In this document: piece after piece, positions 55,037 to 56,071 of the stretch
How the letters are laid out: the number at the start of each line of letters is the position of its first letter
Numbering within the stretch: the first letter of the stretch is position 1
Origin: Candidatus Kaiserbacteria bacterium
GTDB taxonomy: Bacteria > Patescibacteriota > Minisyncoccia > Phycocordibacterales > UBA918
Direction: 5' to 3'
Assembly (NCBI GenBank): GCA_016204695.1
Contig: JACQKD010000003.1
Coordinates: 1 to 56,071, forward strand
DNA: 56,071 bases
Translations under genes and position numbers: made by a program
Notes under the pieces: model-generated
What the model was told of the DNA's origin: nothing
Databases searched by the model: none
The model's input: only the letters and a program-made list of their open reading frames with translations

Positions 55037-55777
55037 TCAGTGATGGTGAGCGACTGCAATACTAATAAACACCATAGTCAGCATCGCAAACACCAACGCT
55101 TGAATGAAGCCCACAAAGACCTCAAGCAACAAAAACGGAACCGGCGCCCCATACGGAGCCAAGAATCCGACGATAACCAACAGCACTTCCCCGGCAAACA
55201 CATTGCCGAAAAGGCGGAAGGAGAACGATATGATTTTAGCAAATTCCGAAAGAAGTTCAAGGATGCCCACAAAAAAGTTGATGGGGTTCGAGAAGGTGAA
55301 AAACTTTTTCAGATGAGCAAAGAGCCCGAGCGCGCCCACACCCGAGACGTTGACGAGCGTCATGGCGACGATGCCGAGCGCAAGCGTCACATTGAGGTCG
55401 CTCGCGGCCGAGCGCAAAAACGGCACAAAGACCTCATGCCCCTCTTTAGACTCAAAAAAACCGAACGCGCCGACGCCGGGCAATATCCCAAACCAGTTCG
55501 AGCAGATGATAAAAAGGAAGAGCGTCGCGATGATGGGGAGATACTGTTCGGCTCGCTCACGCGAGCCGAAAATCCCTTCCATGAGCCCGAGGAGCGATTC
55601 TATGACCACCTCAAACACATTCTGCGGGCCGACCGGCACGAGCCGAATCTTGCGGGAAAGCGCATACGCGCCGACGATCAAAAGCCCGGTCACGAGCCAT
55701 GCGGCGACAAACGTATTCGTGACCGAAAATCCGCCCACGCTCAAAAGCTCTTCAGCAGCAATTTCTATATGCGGCAT
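55037..55777 (-). CDS. atpB: Fo ATP synthase a subunit
   Basis: It is polytopic. SFSFRLFGNVFAGEVLL contains the conserved Arg of subunit a. Confidence 0.92.
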   Translation of the reverse strand: MPHIEIAAEELLSVGGFSVTNTFVAAWLVTGLLIVGAYALSRKIRLVPVGPQNVFEVVIESLLGLMEGIFGSRERAEQYLPIIATLFLFIICSNWFGILPGVGAFGFFESKEGHEVFVPFLRSAASDLNVTLALGIVAMTLVNVSGVGALGLFAHLKKFFTFSNPINFFVGILELLSEFAKIISFSFRLFGNVFAGEVLLVIVGFLAPYGAPVPFLLLEVFVGFIQALVFAMLTMVFISIAVAHHH

Positions 55778-55890
55778 ATGATGCGTGTAGAATAAGAACT
55801 TTTTCGAGAAAAAGCAATCACAGGCCGCAGAAGAGCCGTTGCCCCACCCTCTCTTTTATGACATAATTTCGGGGCTCGAAAGAGCGACAT

Positions 55891-55963
55891 GGTGCCTATA
55901 GTGTAGCGGTTAGCACTAGAGTTTGTGGAACTCTCAGCTCGGGTTCGAATCCCGGTAGGCACC
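55891..55963 (+). tRNA. tRNA-His (anticodon GTG) with genome-encoded G-1
   Basis: Hand-folded. G-1 plus acceptor GTGCCTA/TAGGCAC and C73; anticodon stem AGAGT/ACTCT with loop TTGTGGA; T arm CCGGG-TTCGAAT-CCCGG. Confidence 0.88.
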
Positions 55964-56071
55964 CAAGAATAACGGAGCAAATGCGGAGCATTTGTGGAGT
56001 ATATTCTTGGAGTGCCTACCGGGATGAGAAAGCCGGAGGCGGTATACAAGACGAGCGGAACGAAGTGGAGC
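55964..56071 (+). repeat. Start of a tRNA-His-anchored module (cut by the window end)
   Basis: GGAGTG is followed by CCTACCGGGA, the complement of tRNA-His TCCCGGTAGG. GCCGGAGGCGGTATACAAGACGAGCGGAACGAAGTGGAGC then matches the diverged unit at about 27700-27745. Confidence 0.6.

Overview
This is gene-dense, moderately GC-rich bacterial chromosome dominated by housekeeping genes. Recognised genes are serS, dprA, topA, a RelA/SpoT enzyme, parB, miaA, a DEAD-box helicase, clpB, a cysteine desulfurase, infB, rbfA, gyrA, rpsA, pth, lepB, rpsU, ybeY, ftsA, ftsZ, trxB and a complete F1Fo ATP synthase operon. The gene content suggests an uncultivated Patescibacteria/CPR-like lineage: a short IF-2, many small two-TM pilin-like proteins, a type IV pilin, a membrane-anchored solute-binding protein, and no tRNA with a complete encoded CCA. 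That placement is inference only. I found no rRNA, CRISPR array, transposase, integrase or reverse transcriptase.

The main unexplained signal is non-coding. All eight tRNA genes (Leu-CAA, Trp, Tyr, Cys, Leu-UAA, Lys, Leu-UAG, His) are followed on their own strand by structured modules, up to three where complete (Leu-UAA has only a fragment; His is cut by the window end). Each complete module is framed by an exact copy of that tRNA's T-stem and acceptor 3' end plus a complementary 5' strand. The T loop is replaced by inserts drawn from a few shared repeat families, and there is a conserved hairpin with loop CTGTAAG. Orphan copies of the same mosaic family sit in three other intergenic gaps.

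The second oddity is the ATP synthase operon. Five extra same-strand ORFs are wedged between its subunit genes, including a RelE/YafQ-DinJ toxin-antitoxin pair and two low-GC ORFs.

Smaller items are a degenerate HisRS-like paralogue, a pilin-like protein fused to a possible lytic transglycosylase, four tandem pilin-like paralogues, an SPFH protein operon, a very acidic repeat protein, a leaderless micro-ORF with a terminator upstream of an MFS transporter, and a structured element in the ftsZ 3' region. Many long ORFs in the track are antisense shadows or N-terminal over-extensions, and I trimmed or rejected them.
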